From a virus (lineage: Duplodnaviria; Caudoviricetes), in the IMG/VR virus record IMGVR_UViG_2765235989_000002, positions 19,135-83,134 of that record: DNA of 64,000 bases. One strand, given 5' to 3'. The notes under the pieces were generated by a model. That model ran no database searches. It was not told where the DNA came from and saw nothing but the letters and a program-made list of their open reading frames with translations. Position 1 is the stretch's first letter; each line of letters opens with the position of its first letter. Position numbers and translations under genes: made by a program. Below, piece after piece: positions 1 to 8,425 of the stretch.

Positions 1-12
1 AGATTACCTACA

Positions 13-34
13 AAGCATGGTGTTTGCAATGCTT
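13..34. promoter_or_regulatory. Palindromic operator copy 1 (AAGCATGG-N6-CAATGCTT) with downstream -10-like TATGGT
   Basis: Same inverted repeat recurs at 47554-47583 and 53172-53203, each upstream of a + strand gene. Confidence 0.65.
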
Positions 35-76
35 CACATGTATGGTGGTGTCCACACCACAACAGCGGGGGCACCC

Positions 77-475
77 ATGAAGCACACCAACCGGCAGACC
101 GAAACCCGGACCCTCACCGACCTCTACCGCGCCCTCGACCGCCAGCACGCCGTCACCATCACCTACCTCGACCAAGACGGCACCGAGTCCATCCGCACGA
201 TCGAGATCAGCGACATCCGCACCACCAAGTCCGGCCGCATCGAGATCCGCGCCATGTGCCGACTCCGGGGCGAAGCGCGCGGCTTCCTCCTCCACCGCAT
301 CGCGTCCTACACCTGCCACCGCATCCCGTACGTCCTCGAACAGCCGGAGGCAACAACCCCCGCCGGACGCGTCATCGTGGTCCGTAGCGAACGCCAGCTC
401 ATCGCCCGCGAACTCGGCCGCGACTACCTCCCCCGCACCAGCGTCACCCGCACCGACACCGCGCTCGCCGCCTGA
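77..475 (+). CDS. Stand-alone WYL-domain protein
   Basis: AVTITYLDQDG-ESIRTIE...AMCRLRGEARGFLLHRI matches the WYL pattern; no N-terminal HTH. Confidence 0.8.
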   Translation: MKHTNRQTETRTLTDLYRALDRQHAVTITYLDQDGTESIRTIEISDIRTTKSGRIEIRAMCRLRGEARGFLLHRIASYTCHRIPYVLEQPEATTPAGRVIVVRSERQLIARELGRDYLPRTSVTRTDTALAA

Positions 476-493
476 TCCAAGGAGACAAGACGA

Positions 494-523
494 AGGCCAC
501 CACCCCGAACCGGGTGGTGGCCT
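494..523 (+). terminator. Intrinsic terminator-like hairpin
   Basis: AGGCCACCACCC / GGGTGGTGGCCT perfect 12-bp stem just after the WYL stop. Confidence 0.7.
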
Positions 524-613
524 CTCAAGTCACAATGATCGCGCACGCGCAGCGTAGCCCAAACCAGCGCCACTCCGAAAGCCCCAGCTCACGAACCACT
601 CGGGAAGCCGGCC

Positions 614-802
614 ATGGACCGTCAGGAAGCCCTCACCGCGACCCCGCCCGGACTACGCCGACGAGTCTGGTGCCAGGAGTGCGGCCGCGAGCTGACCGAC
701 CCGGAATCCCGCCGCCGGCGCCTCGGCCCCGAATGCGACCCCGACACCCGGACCAGCCACACCCGGCACGACGCCGATCAGGACCCGATACCGGGACTGT
801 GA
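614..802 (+). CDS. DUF6011-like small Zn-binding protein
   Basis: CQECGRELTDPESRRRRLGPEC motif. Confidence 0.75.
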   Translation: MDRQEALTATPPGLRRRVWCQECGRELTDPESRRRRLGPECDPDTRTSHTRHDADQDPIPGL

Positions 803-830
803 AAGCCGGGGACCGCTACCCGTGCGCTGT

Positions 831-1961
831 TCACGCCCGGCGCCGGGCGGCACGTGCCTTTCGGGTGGCACGTCCCCTCCGGGCCGCCTCCCGGCACTCC
901 GGCTCCCGGCACCCCGTGTTGTAGCAGCTCTCCCGCCCGTGAACCCTCGGCCGGTCCGGCGGCAGCGGACGCGGTCCCCGCCGCTTCGGAAGCTGGGCAG
1001 CAGCCTCCCGCGCGGCCTTCTCCAACAGGACCCGCTCCTCCTCCGGGACCGCCGCCGCACGCCGAAGCCCCTCCAACTGCAACGGAAGCGGCTCCCACCC
1101 CGGGCTTCCCGCCATCACGTAGTTCAGCGTTACCACCCCCCGCACGTATGACCTCCCGAGTCCCTCAGCGCTGATCGGCAGCCCCGGCGGACCCAACCAC
1201 GTCGGCGCCAGCGTCACCCACAAAGCGTTCTTCGCGCCCTCCGGAAGCGCCACCAGGTCCTCACGGAACTTCAGCCACCGCCGCAACGCGACCCCCGTAC
1301 CCTCCCGCAGCGGCAACACAAGCTCAAGCGGCTCCAGATGCGCGCCGTTCTGCTGCCGGCGCCGCACTCGCACCGACCGGCTGTCCTCCCCCAGATCCGC
1401 CACCGTCATCGCCGCGAGCTCCGACACCCGCGACCGCGTATCCAGAGCCACCGCCGTCAACGCCAGCAGCCGCGCACGGTACTCAACCGTCATCGACCGG
1501 CTGCCGCGCGCCAACGGCCCCCCGGACGCCAGCGACACCAGGAACCGGAACAGCTCCGCCTCCTGCCGCGGCGTGGTCGTGTCCCGCAGCCCCGGCTCGA
1601 CCACCTGCGGCAGCCGAACCCCCTGGTTCCCTACTATGCGGCGGGCCAGAATATGCAGGCAGTCCCGGACGATCCGCCGCGTCGCCAGCGGCATCTCGTG
1701 CCCCAGCCGCGCCGCGTCCGCCCACAGCTCCCCCTCGACCGCGAGATCCCAGAACTCGGCGACCGCGTCCGGCTGGAACAGCCGCCGCGCGGACCGCGTC
1801 CTTGGCCCGGGCATCCCGTCCCGGCCGACCGCCCGGTCCCACATGCCGACGATCATCCGCAGCTGCTTCAGCCGGTTCCCGGACACCTCCGGTGCCAGCT
1901 GGTCGACGACCGCGGCGAGCTCCCGTACGGCTGGCGCACGGTACTGGCGGCGCCCGGTCAC
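831..1961 (-). CDS. Tyrosine-recombinase-fold protein, catalytically degenerate, with C-terminal His/Cys motif
   Basis: Box I-like ALDTRSRVSELAAMTVADL; HxLR replaced by EGLRR; tail HGRESCYNTGCREPEC; GTG start overlaps the upstream stop (GTGA). Confidence 0.7.
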   Translation of the reverse strand: MTGRRQYRAPAVRELAAVVDQLAPEVSGNRLKQLRMIVGMWDRAVGRDGMPGPRTRSARRLFQPDAVAEFWDLAVEGELWADAARLGHEMPLATRRIVRDCLHILARRIVGNQGVRLPQVVEPGLRDTTTPRQEAELFRFLVSLASGGPLARGSRSMTVEYRARLLALTAVALDTRSRVSELAAMTVADLGEDSRSVRVRRRQQNGAHLEPLELVLPLREGTGVALRRWLKFREDLVALPEGAKNALWVTLAPTWLGPPGLPISAEGLGRSYVRGVVTLNYVMAGSPGWEPLPLQLEGLRRAAAVPEEERVLLEKAAREAAAQLPKRRGPRPLPPDRPRVHGRESCYNTGCREPECREAARRGRATRKARAARRRA

Positions 1962-3187
1962 CCCTTCTCCTCCCCACGAACGGAGCCGTCGGACGGGCGG
2001 GCCTGCGCCGCGGCCTCGGCCACGCGGCCCATCTGCGCGAGCGGATTCAACTCGCCTGCCGCATCTTCCTCGTCCACATAGCCGATGAGCGCCTTCGACT
2101 TGTCGTCCCAGCCCCCGTGCCGGCCGATCCGGACGAGGTCCACCTTGGCCTTGCGGGACGACTTCACAAAACCGCGACGGGTGGAGTGGGACCGCCACCG
2201 GCCAGGCAGGCCCGTACGTTCGATGGAGCGCTGCACGATGTCGGACAGCGCCTCCACGGTCATCCGCCCGTCCGGATCGCCGATCGGCTCGCCGCCGCGC
2301 TGCATGGGCGGGTTGAGATAGCCCCACCGGTCCATACGGACGAACAGCGGGCCCTCGGCGTGCCCGTTGTCCGCCAGCCCGGCCACCAGCTCCCGGACCG
2401 CGCGGACCGTGCACAGCTCAGGATCGGGATCGAGCGGGACATCGACCGGCTGCCACATCTTCCGCTTCTTCCGGTACACCATCACCCGCAGCCCACCGTC
2501 GGGGAGTTCAGTGAAGCTGCCAGGCCAGTCGAGGGGCTTGAGCTCGCTGCCCCGGGAGGCGACGGCGTGCCCGAGGAGCATGACGGCCGCATCACGCTTC
2601 CCCGGCAGCGAGCTGCGGTCGAGTTCGCGCAGCGCGCGACGGATGACCTCGCGGTCGGCTGGGCTGGCCTTGCGCGGCGCGGCCGCCGGGTCCTTGGCCT
2701 GAGCGAGCTGCTCGCGGTAGCCGAGGACGACCTTGCGGGCGCCCATGGTGTCGGGCGGCTTGTGCCCGGCGGCCCGGTGCGCGGAGCGGATCGCGGCGAT
2801 GATGCGGTCCATGGACCGCGGTCCGTAAGGCTTCCCGGTGCGGGCCCGCGGGGTGCGCTTCAGGTAGGACAAGTACTCGGTGACGGTCTGGGGCGCCGCG
2901 GGCATGGGCCGACGGCCGACCGTGGCGCACCATTCGGCGAAGCGCCGCATATCGCCCTCGTAGCCGTCGCGGGTCCCCTCGGTGATGCCGGCCTTGACGT
3001 CTTCCTGCGCTTCGGGCGAGAGCCACGCGTCGGGGTCGCCGTCCGGGCCGGGAACGGCGAGGCTCTCGGCGTTGGCAAGTGCAGGGAGGTGGTCGTTGAC
3101 CAGTTCGACGTCGAGTACCTCGTCCGAGTCCAGGTCGTTCACGGCCGTCACGTTCCTTCCGCGTCCGCTCCCCCGCGCGGTGATCAC
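1958..3187 (-). CDS. Cre-like tyrosine recombinase (true start probably a slightly downstream GTG)
   Basis: N-terminal TRDGYEGDMRRFAEWC; catalytic motifs ASRGSEL, SHSTRRG, HGGW, IGYV. Confidence 0.9.
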   Translation of the reverse strand: MITARGSGRGRNVTAVNDLDSDEVLDVELVNDHLPALANAESLAVPGPDGDPDAWLSPEAQEDVKAGITEGTRDGYEGDMRRFAEWCATVGRRPMPAAPQTVTEYLSYLKRTPRARTGKPYGPRSMDRIIAAIRSAHRAAGHKPPDTMGARKVVLGYREQLAQAKDPAAAPRKASPADREVIRRALRELDRSSLPGKRDAAVMLLGHAVASRGSELKPLDWPGSFTELPDGGLRVMVYRKKRKMWQPVDVPLDPDPELCTVRAVRELVAGLADNGHAEGPLFVRMDRWGYLNPPMQRGGEPIGDPDGRMTVEALSDIVQRSIERTGLPGRWRSHSTRRGFVKSSRKAKVDLVRIGRHGGWDDKSKALIGYVDEEDAAGELNPLAQMGRVAEAAAQARPSDGSVRGEEKG

Positions 3188-3213
3188 TCTACAGAATGAA
3201 CGTTATCTGGAGC
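3186..3213 (-). other. dif/Xer-like 11-6-11 recombination site upstream of the recombinase pair
   Basis: Minus strand GCTCCAGATAA-CGTTCA-TTCTGTAGAGT resembles the dif layout (...ATAA-N6-TTATGT...); overlaps a TAGAGT -10. Confidence 0.6.
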
Positions 3214-3411
3214 CAGGATGCTCGTTCCCTCTGACGGCACAACATGACCCGGTCATGTCTCCGAAAACGGGGATGACTCCCCAGACCTTCGTCAGGAACG
3301 ATTCTCCGCTCAGGCAGGTTCTTCCTGCCGGCTAAGCCGGAGCACCCGCGCTCCCCGAGCCGGCGACTGACGCGAGATCGGCGGGCACTGGACCCTTTCG
3401 GCGTCGGGGCA

Positions 3412-3867
3412 TCAAAGGTCGGGATCGGGAAGCACGTTGAGCTGTAGGTCGAAGAACAGGACCTTGGCGTCGAGATAGGGCTTGCCAGTGGCCCGCTCCG
3501 AATCCGCGCACAGGGAATCGACGAGCCGGTCGCATATGGACTGGCGAGTGTCGTCGCTCTCGGGCCGGACGACACCACGCGCGCCGAGGAGCGTCTGGCG
3601 GCCGGCCACCGTACCGGTGACGGTCAGCACCCAGTGAAAGGCGTTGCGGTTGGTCACCTCGGTCACCTGCCTGATGGTGAACTTCCCAGCGGAGTAGAGG
3701 AGTAGCCGGGCCGCCTCGTGTACTTCCGACTCATATGGCTGGCCGCTCTCGGCCGCTGCGGCCTCGGCTCGGTCGAGGGACTCAGACAGGTCCTGGATCT
3801 GCCGCATGAACACCATCGCCGGGTGATTGAGATCGACAGGATGCGCGTCCGGCTCGTCGCTCCCCAT
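3412..3867 (-). CDS. Hypothetical protein
   Basis: 151-aa ORF with GGGGAGG-like RBS and globular composition. Confidence 0.65.
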   Translation of the reverse strand: MGSDEPDAHPVDLNHPAMVFMRQIQDLSESLDRAEAAAAESGQPYESEVHEAARLLLYSAGKFTIRQVTEVTNRNAFHWVLTVTGTVAGRQTLLGARGVVRPESDDTRQSICDRLVDSLCADSERATGKPYLDAKVLFFDLQLNVLPDPDL

Positions 3868-4012
3868 AAGCCCTCCCCCTTCAGATAGGGAAATTTATAC
3901 GAGGTGATCACAAACCCTACCTCGAAGGCCCGGTTCTCCTGCTCGGGCAGTTCTCCTCCCTTGGCCCAAGCCGGAGGCAACGAGCCTGCCATCCACTGCC
4001 AGCATTGAGGAC

Positions 4013-4423
4013 ATGACTACTACGGATCTGCTCATGAAGCTCGGATACCTGCCGGCACTCGACTCCGTCGAAGGAAGCCGATGGATGAATCAACAGACCA
4101 TCCGAAAGTGCCTGGCAGAAAGCGGTGAAAGCCCTCAAGTCGTCTCCGCGCTCGCGGTACTCGTAGCAGCGTTCGACTCTGTAGTCGCACTACATGAAGG
4201 AACGCCAGAAGATACGACCAAGCGCCAGAACGTGATGGCGTTCCTGGAAGTCCTCACGGGCCCGAAGGTGTACGAGGGCCTGGGAGGACTACCGCGTATC
4301 AGCAACGCTCCGTCGTGCGTCTGCGGTCACGCTCGCGACCACCATGGCACGGACCCCACGCGTTGCAGCAGCTGCACTTGGAACTCCGACCACCATGTCT
4401 ACACGCCGGGGCCGACAGATTGA
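4013..4423 (+). CDS. Hypothetical protein with C-terminal Cys/His cluster
   Basis: GAGG RBS; CVCGHARDHH...CSSC...HH. Confidence 0.65.
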   Translation: MTTTDLLMKLGYLPALDSVEGSRWMNQQTIRKCLAESGESPQVVSALAVLVAAFDSVVALHEGTPEDTTKRQNVMAFLEVLTGPKVYEGLGGLPRISNAPSCVCGHARDHHGTDPTRCSSCTWNSDHHVYTPGPTD

Positions 4424-4633
4424 CGTCTTACACAGCAGGGATTGACACCCCTCCCCACTGGCCCCGGGGAAGGGGCACACGATTCGTTCGCTGGCATCGA
4501 ACGGGTCGGCGCTCGCGGCCGGGCCGAGGTCGGCGATTCGGTCGGCGAGGAACTGGGAAGTCACTGCCTTGCAGTGAAACCGCTCGGGCAGCAGCGGTGG
4601 TTCGTCCGCTCTGGCGGGGAGGTTGGTCGGTAC

Positions 4634-4909
4634 TCACGGACGAGACGCCATCAGGGGGCCGAACTCGCGCTCTACGTCGCGACGGAGCATGGGGTCCATG
4701 TCAGACGCGCACGGAAGCATGACCGAGTCGCCGTCATGCGTCTCCCCGGTGAGAGCCCAGACGTCCCCTTCCGGGTCGGTGAACTCGGGCCAGCCCGTTG
4801 GGATGCTGCTGTTGGTGGCTTCGCAGATCTCGGAGGCGATGTCATCTGGCACGCGGACGGCGCCGTTGCGGTACGCGATCTCCATCGGGTGCATGTGAGG
4901 CATAGTCAC
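4634..4909 (-). CDS. Small phage protein (phiSA1p31-like motif)
   Basis: DPEGDVWALTG...DVEREFGPL; AAGGAAG RBS. Confidence 0.65.
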   Translation of the reverse strand: MTMPHMHPMEIAYRNGAVRVPDDIASEICEATNSSIPTGWPEFTDPEGDVWALTGETHDGDSVMLPCASDMDPMLRRDVEREFGPLMASRP

Positions 4910-4987
4910 ATTTTACCTATCTTCCTTGGTGATATGTGAGCTTATCGTGAACCACGCTGCGCACTCCCGGGGAAGGCTGCGCGCCAA

Positions 4988-5074
4988 CTAACGTGAAACT
5001 AGCGCGAGTAAACGAGTGACAGAAGTATGCGGGTGCACTACCGTTCTCGTTAGAGCACGTAAGTTCACGTCCAA
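4988..5074. promoter_or_regulatory. AT-rich divergent promoter region with phased direct and inverted repeats
   Basis: Three (C)TAACGWGAA-like units on + (4988, 4999, 5009) and three inverted (about 5043, 5054, 5064), spaced 10-11 bp. Confidence 0.5.
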
Positions 5075-5090
5075 TGTAAGGGGAGGGATT

Positions 5091-5312
5091 ATAGCCGTAC
5101 GCCGCCCGTCGAAGATCTGGCGCATCGTCGTCCCGTCACCCGGCGGGCCCATCGAGAAGCCACAGCGCTCCGAAGCCGCCGCGCGCGACGCAGTCGAGGC
5201 GGAAAAGCAGACCACCACCGCGAACCGCATCGTCGTGGAGAAGTGGGAGGACCGTCAGTGGGGCGAGTGGCTCCGCTGGGTCCGTACCGACAGCAACTGG
5301 CACGCCGAGTAG
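5091..5312 (+). CDS. Small hypothetical protein (start codon uncertain: ATA after a strong SD, or GTG at 5016)
   Basis: GGGAGG at 5081 followed by in-frame ATT ATA GCC; Trp-rich C-terminus. Confidence 0.55.
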   Translation: MAVRRPSKIWRIVVPSPGGPIEKPQRSEAAARDAVEAEKQTTTANRIVVEKWEDRQWGEWLRWVRTDSNWHAE

Positions 5313-5320
5313 GAGACACC

Positions 5321-5737
5321 GTGCGCATCACCGTCACCGTGGACGACCCGACCCCTGAGTTCCAGGACAAGCTGATCACTCTCCTTGCCGAACACACCGA
5401 GGACATCGAGACCGACACAAGGTGGAACGAGGAACGCGCCACCCACTACTTCCGAATGCTGCCCGCCCGCGCCCGACGCATCGTCAAGGAAGCCGTCCAG
5501 CGCGGCGGCATGGTCCCGGCCGACGCCCTCCGCGACAACCCCGACGACAGCCTCCGCGGTCACAGCGCCCCGCTCAGCCGCATCCTCCAGCGCGGCAAGA
5601 TGCTCGGCCGCTGGCCCGAGGGCATCGACCAGCCGGTGAAGCCCCTCGGGCCCGGCTTCGGCAAGGTCGAAGGGTACGAGATGCCCGCCGACCTGATTCC
5701 CGTCTTCCAGACAGCCATCCGCAACGTACAGCAGTGA
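5321..5737 (+). CDS. Hypothetical protein, possible winged-helix
   Basis: AGGAG RBS then GTG; typical high GC3 codon usage. Confidence 0.7.
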   Translation: MRITVTVDDPTPEFQDKLITLLAEHTEDIETDTRWNEERATHYFRMLPARARRIVKEAVQRGGMVPADALRDNPDDSLRGHSAPLSRILQRGKMLGRWPEGIDQPVKPLGPGFGKVEGYEMPADLIPVFQTAIRNVQQ

Positions 5738-5751
5738 GGATACCGACCCCA

Positions 5752-6081
5752 ATGACACGTCCTGCCATCACCGTCCGGCAGCTGTACCGAGATCTCGCCC
5801 CCGACATGAAAAGCCGCGACCGCCGTCTCCGAGTCATCAGCGTCGGAGACGCCCGGGCAGAGCTGGTCGTCGAGCACGACCTCGGCGGCCCGACCGGAAA
5901 GAAGACCTCCGTAAGCCTCAACCGACTACGTTCCTCCGCATTCGAACTGCTGGAAGACTCGACCGACAGTGACCCGCTCTACCTGGCCTTGCTCGCGGCC
6001 ATCTCCGACGTTCACCGGCCCGGAGCCACACCCGCCGACTACGCCCGCGCAGCCCTCCACACCTTCCGCATCGAAAAGTGA
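5752..6081 (+). CDS. Hypothetical phage protein (DUF6354-like)
   Basis: VRQLYRDLAPDMKSRDRRLRV; GAGG RBS. Confidence 0.65.
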   Translation: MTRPAITVRQLYRDLAPDMKSRDRRLRVISVGDARAELVVEHDLGGPTGKKTSVSLNRLRSSAFELLEDSTDSDPLYLALLAAISDVHRPGATPADYARAALHTFRIEK

Positions 6082-6092
6082 GGATACCGATC

Positions 6093-6350
6093 ATGCTTGC
6101 TACTCAGGAGCGCGTCCGCGAGGGCGACCGAACCATCATCATCTGGCACAAGGCCGCCGAACCGGAGCAGTGCAACGGCGGGTGCGACTGGCACCCGATC
6201 GCATGCAGTACTACGGAGGGCATCACCACGCCCGGTTCGCTCCGAGAAATCCCGATCGACCTGGCCGAGGTACCCCTGGAGCGAACGGCTGAGGCGCAGC
6301 GCTGGTGCTCCAACTGCCTTGCCGTCCACGGCACCAGCACTGAGAAGTGA
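6093..6350 (+). CDS. Small Cys/His-rich hypothetical protein
   Basis: WH...CNGGC...IAC...WCSNC; GAGG RBS. Confidence 0.6.
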   Translation: MLATQERVREGDRTIIIWHKAAEPEQCNGGCDWHPIACSTTEGITTPGSLREIPIDLAEVPLERTAEAQRWCSNCLAVHGTSTEK

Positions 6351-6418
6351 TGCCCCTCAAGCTCCACGCTACGAAGCCGGCGTCATCACTTTTCTACTGG
6401 CGCTGACCCGGCAACGAA

Positions 6419-6459
6419 CCGTGTGCCCCTCCCCAGGAACAGTGGGGAGGGGCACACGG
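6419..6459. terminator. Bidirectional terminator-like hairpin between convergent operons
   Basis: CCGTGTGCCCCTCCCCA / TGGGGAGGGGCACACGG 17-bp stem. Confidence 0.75.
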
Positions 6460-6475
6460 CATGTCGGAGCCTACG

Positions 6476-6688
6476 TCACTCCGGCACCTGCACATCCGCC
6501 CCCGACGGCAAGAACCCCATCAACCCCACCTTGAACGCGTCGATCCGGTCCAGCAGATCCTGATCTGACCACGCCTCCACCTGCTGAGGCGTCAACGTGA
6601 AGGTGAAGCCAACGCCAGCATCCGCGCTGGATATCGACACCGTGCACCGCGTCGAGCGAGATGCGAGACCGGGAACCGTGAGCGGCAT
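6476..6688 (-). CDS. Hypothetical protein
   Basis: 70-aa ORF with AAGGGA RBS. Confidence 0.55.
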   Translation of the reverse strand: MPLTVPGLASRSTRCTVSISSADAGVGFTFTLTPQQVEAWSDQDLLDRIDAFKVGLMGFLPSGADVQVPE

Positions 6689-6801
6689 GGAATGTCCCTT
6701 CTTTGTTGGTGCGGGGGCCTGATGTTGAACTGACGTGCAGGTCGATGGGTGGGGCGGTGGTGGAGGGCTGGGCGCAAGCGCGGGTTATTTGTGGTGAATA
6801 T

Positions 6802-6957
6802 TTATTGGACTTCTGCTGTTCCTTGAGCAGTCTCGACGGTCATGCCGAAGTCCAGCTCAGGTTCCTCCGGTGGAGGAGCCGTACCGCTGTCGTTCACCCC
6901 GGGGAAGACCGGCGGAACGACCACCGGACCCAGCTCATCTTCTGGCTCGGTAGACAC
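6802..6957 (-). CDS. Small acidic Pro-rich ORF (51 aa; not in the supplied track)
   Basis: AGGAAGG then GTG TCT ACC GAG CCA...TAA; (M)STEPEDELGPVVVPPVFPG... Confidence 0.45.
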   Translation of the reverse strand: MSTEPEDELGPVVVPPVFPGVNDSGTAPPPEEPELDFGMTVETAQGTAEVQ

Positions 6958-6977
6958 GAGGCTCACCTTCCTCATCA

Positions 6978-7694
6978 TCAGAGACGGTCAGAGAGCAGCC
7001 TCAACGGGAGCACTCCCGAGGAGGAAGCCGACGGTTCGGTCGTAACGGGTGGAGCAGACGGGGAGGGCTCCTGCGGTGACGGCTCCACGTCCGGAGTACA
7101 GGCGTACTGAGGGGCGTCCGCGTCGAAGTCGTCGGCGGGCACGCAGGTGTACGTGACGCCCTGCGGGTCGGTGTACGTCCAGCGCGCTGGCGGGGCCCCG
7201 TCCGTACCGTCACTGCCCGACGGGCCAGGGCTCCCGTCCTGGCCGTCCTTCCCGGGTGCGCCGTCCCGGCCCGCCGCACCGGGAACACCCGACGCCCCGA
7301 CAGGCCCCGGCGGCCCTGCGGCCGTCGAGTCGGCGCCGGGTATCCCGGAGGGGCCCGGTGGGCCAGCCGGCCCGGTCGGGCCCGGGCTCGGCGTCAGCGT
7401 AGGCGCAGCCCTCCCCGGCACCCCCGGAGGCCCGGGCGATCCTGCGGGGCCCGGCGGCCCGGCCACGGACGTGCCACGCGACCCGGGCGGCCCCGCCACG
7501 GGCTTCTCCCCCAGCCCCTGCACCTGACGTGCGAGAGCGTCACGCGCCTGATTCGCCGCGTCCAGGTCGTTGGAGAGCACAACGAACCCGGTGACGATCG
7601 AGCCCAGAGCGAGCGCGGCAACCATCGTGGCGGCGCCGGCGAGGTAGTTCCCGCGCTTCCGCCGTTGACGGGCCTCCAGCCTGGTAGTTCTCAT
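6978..7694 (-). CDS. Membrane-anchored collagen-like protein of the lysis cassette
   Basis: N-terminal TM helix, coiled coil, many G-X-Y repeats, C-terminal two-Cys domain; ATGA overlap with the upstream gene. Confidence 0.8.
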   Translation of the reverse strand: MRTTRLEARQRRKRGNYLAGAATMVAALALGSIVTGFVVLSNDLDAANQARDALARQVQGLGEKPVAGPPGSRGTSVAGPPGPAGSPGPPGVPGRAAPTLTPSPGPTGPAGPPGPSGIPGADSTAAGPPGPVGASGVPGAAGRDGAPGKDGQDGSPGPSGSDGTDGAPPARWTYTDPQGVTYTCVPADDFDADAPQYACTPDVEPSPQEPSPSAPPVTTEPSASSSGVLPLRLLSDRL

Positions 7695-8005
7695 CCCTTT
7701 CCTCCTGCCAGGAAGAACACGATGGGGATGATCAGCCCCAGTACCGGGATGACCACTGAGGCGAACAGCCACCGGCGGGTCTGGGTGACCCGGTCGGCGT
7801 CCGCGGTTCGCAGCGCCTGCACACCCTCCACGTCCTTCTTCAAATCGGCGAGTTGCCGCTCGAGCGCCGCCTTCTCCACCCCGTACACGTCGGTGGAGAC
7901 CATGCGGTCCAAGCGGGAGTTGATCTGGGCCATGTCGTCGCGGATGTCGCCACGCATGAGCTGGATGAGCCGCCCCAGCTCTCCCAGAGACGGCTCATCA
8001 GCCAT
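7691..8005 (-). CDS. Lysis-cassette membrane protein (coiled coil plus C-terminal TM)
   Basis: EPSLGELGRLI...RWLFASVVIPVLGLIIPIVFFL; directly after the holin. Confidence 0.75.
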   Translation of the reverse strand: MADEPSLGELGRLIQLMRGDIRDDMAQINSRLDRMVSTDVYGVEKAALERQLADLKKDVEGVQALRTADADRVTQTRRWLFASVVIPVLGLIIPIVFFLAGGKG

Positions 8006-8029
8006 GTTGTGCTCCGGATACAGGGAAGG

Positions 8030-8401
8030 TCAGGACACCGCAGTCGGCCGAGGCCGTCCTCCCGCCGGGACGGGTGCGGTCACCTGCGAGCGGACCAGCC
8101 AGAACTGTGCGACGACCGTCACGAACGCCATCGCGGCGGCCTGCTTCTCCGCCGTCCAGTCCAGGCCGAGGTTCATGCCGAGCGCGAGCGCGGCCTGAGC
8201 GAACCCGGTAAGCGCGGCCAGCAGTCCGTCGCCGACCATGTACGCCACGATCAGGCCGACCGCCGCAGCGGCGGCCACGTTGATGGCGGTCTGCGTGTCC
8301 TGGCTGACCTCGACGACGAATGCCGAGACGAACTGGACGACGACCGCGACGAGACCGAGGATCGCCGACGGTTCACGCCCGAACAGGGTGGGTGTCTTCA
8401 C
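8030..8401 (-). CDS. Holin
   Basis: LFGREP start, several hydrophobic helices, RSQVTAP end; directly after the endolysin. Confidence 0.8.
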   Translation of the reverse strand: MKTPTLFGREPSAILGLVAVVVQFVSAFVVEVSQDTQTAINVAAAAAVGLIVAYMVGDGLLAALTGFAQAALALGMNLGLDWTAEKQAAAMAFVTVVAQFWLVRSQVTAPVPAGGRPRPTAVS

Positions 8402-8425
8402 GTGATTCTCCAGATGAGAGACGGT

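Noticed and set aside
7190-7500. GC-rich 9-bp periodicity
   Set aside because: Explained by collagen G-X-Y codons.
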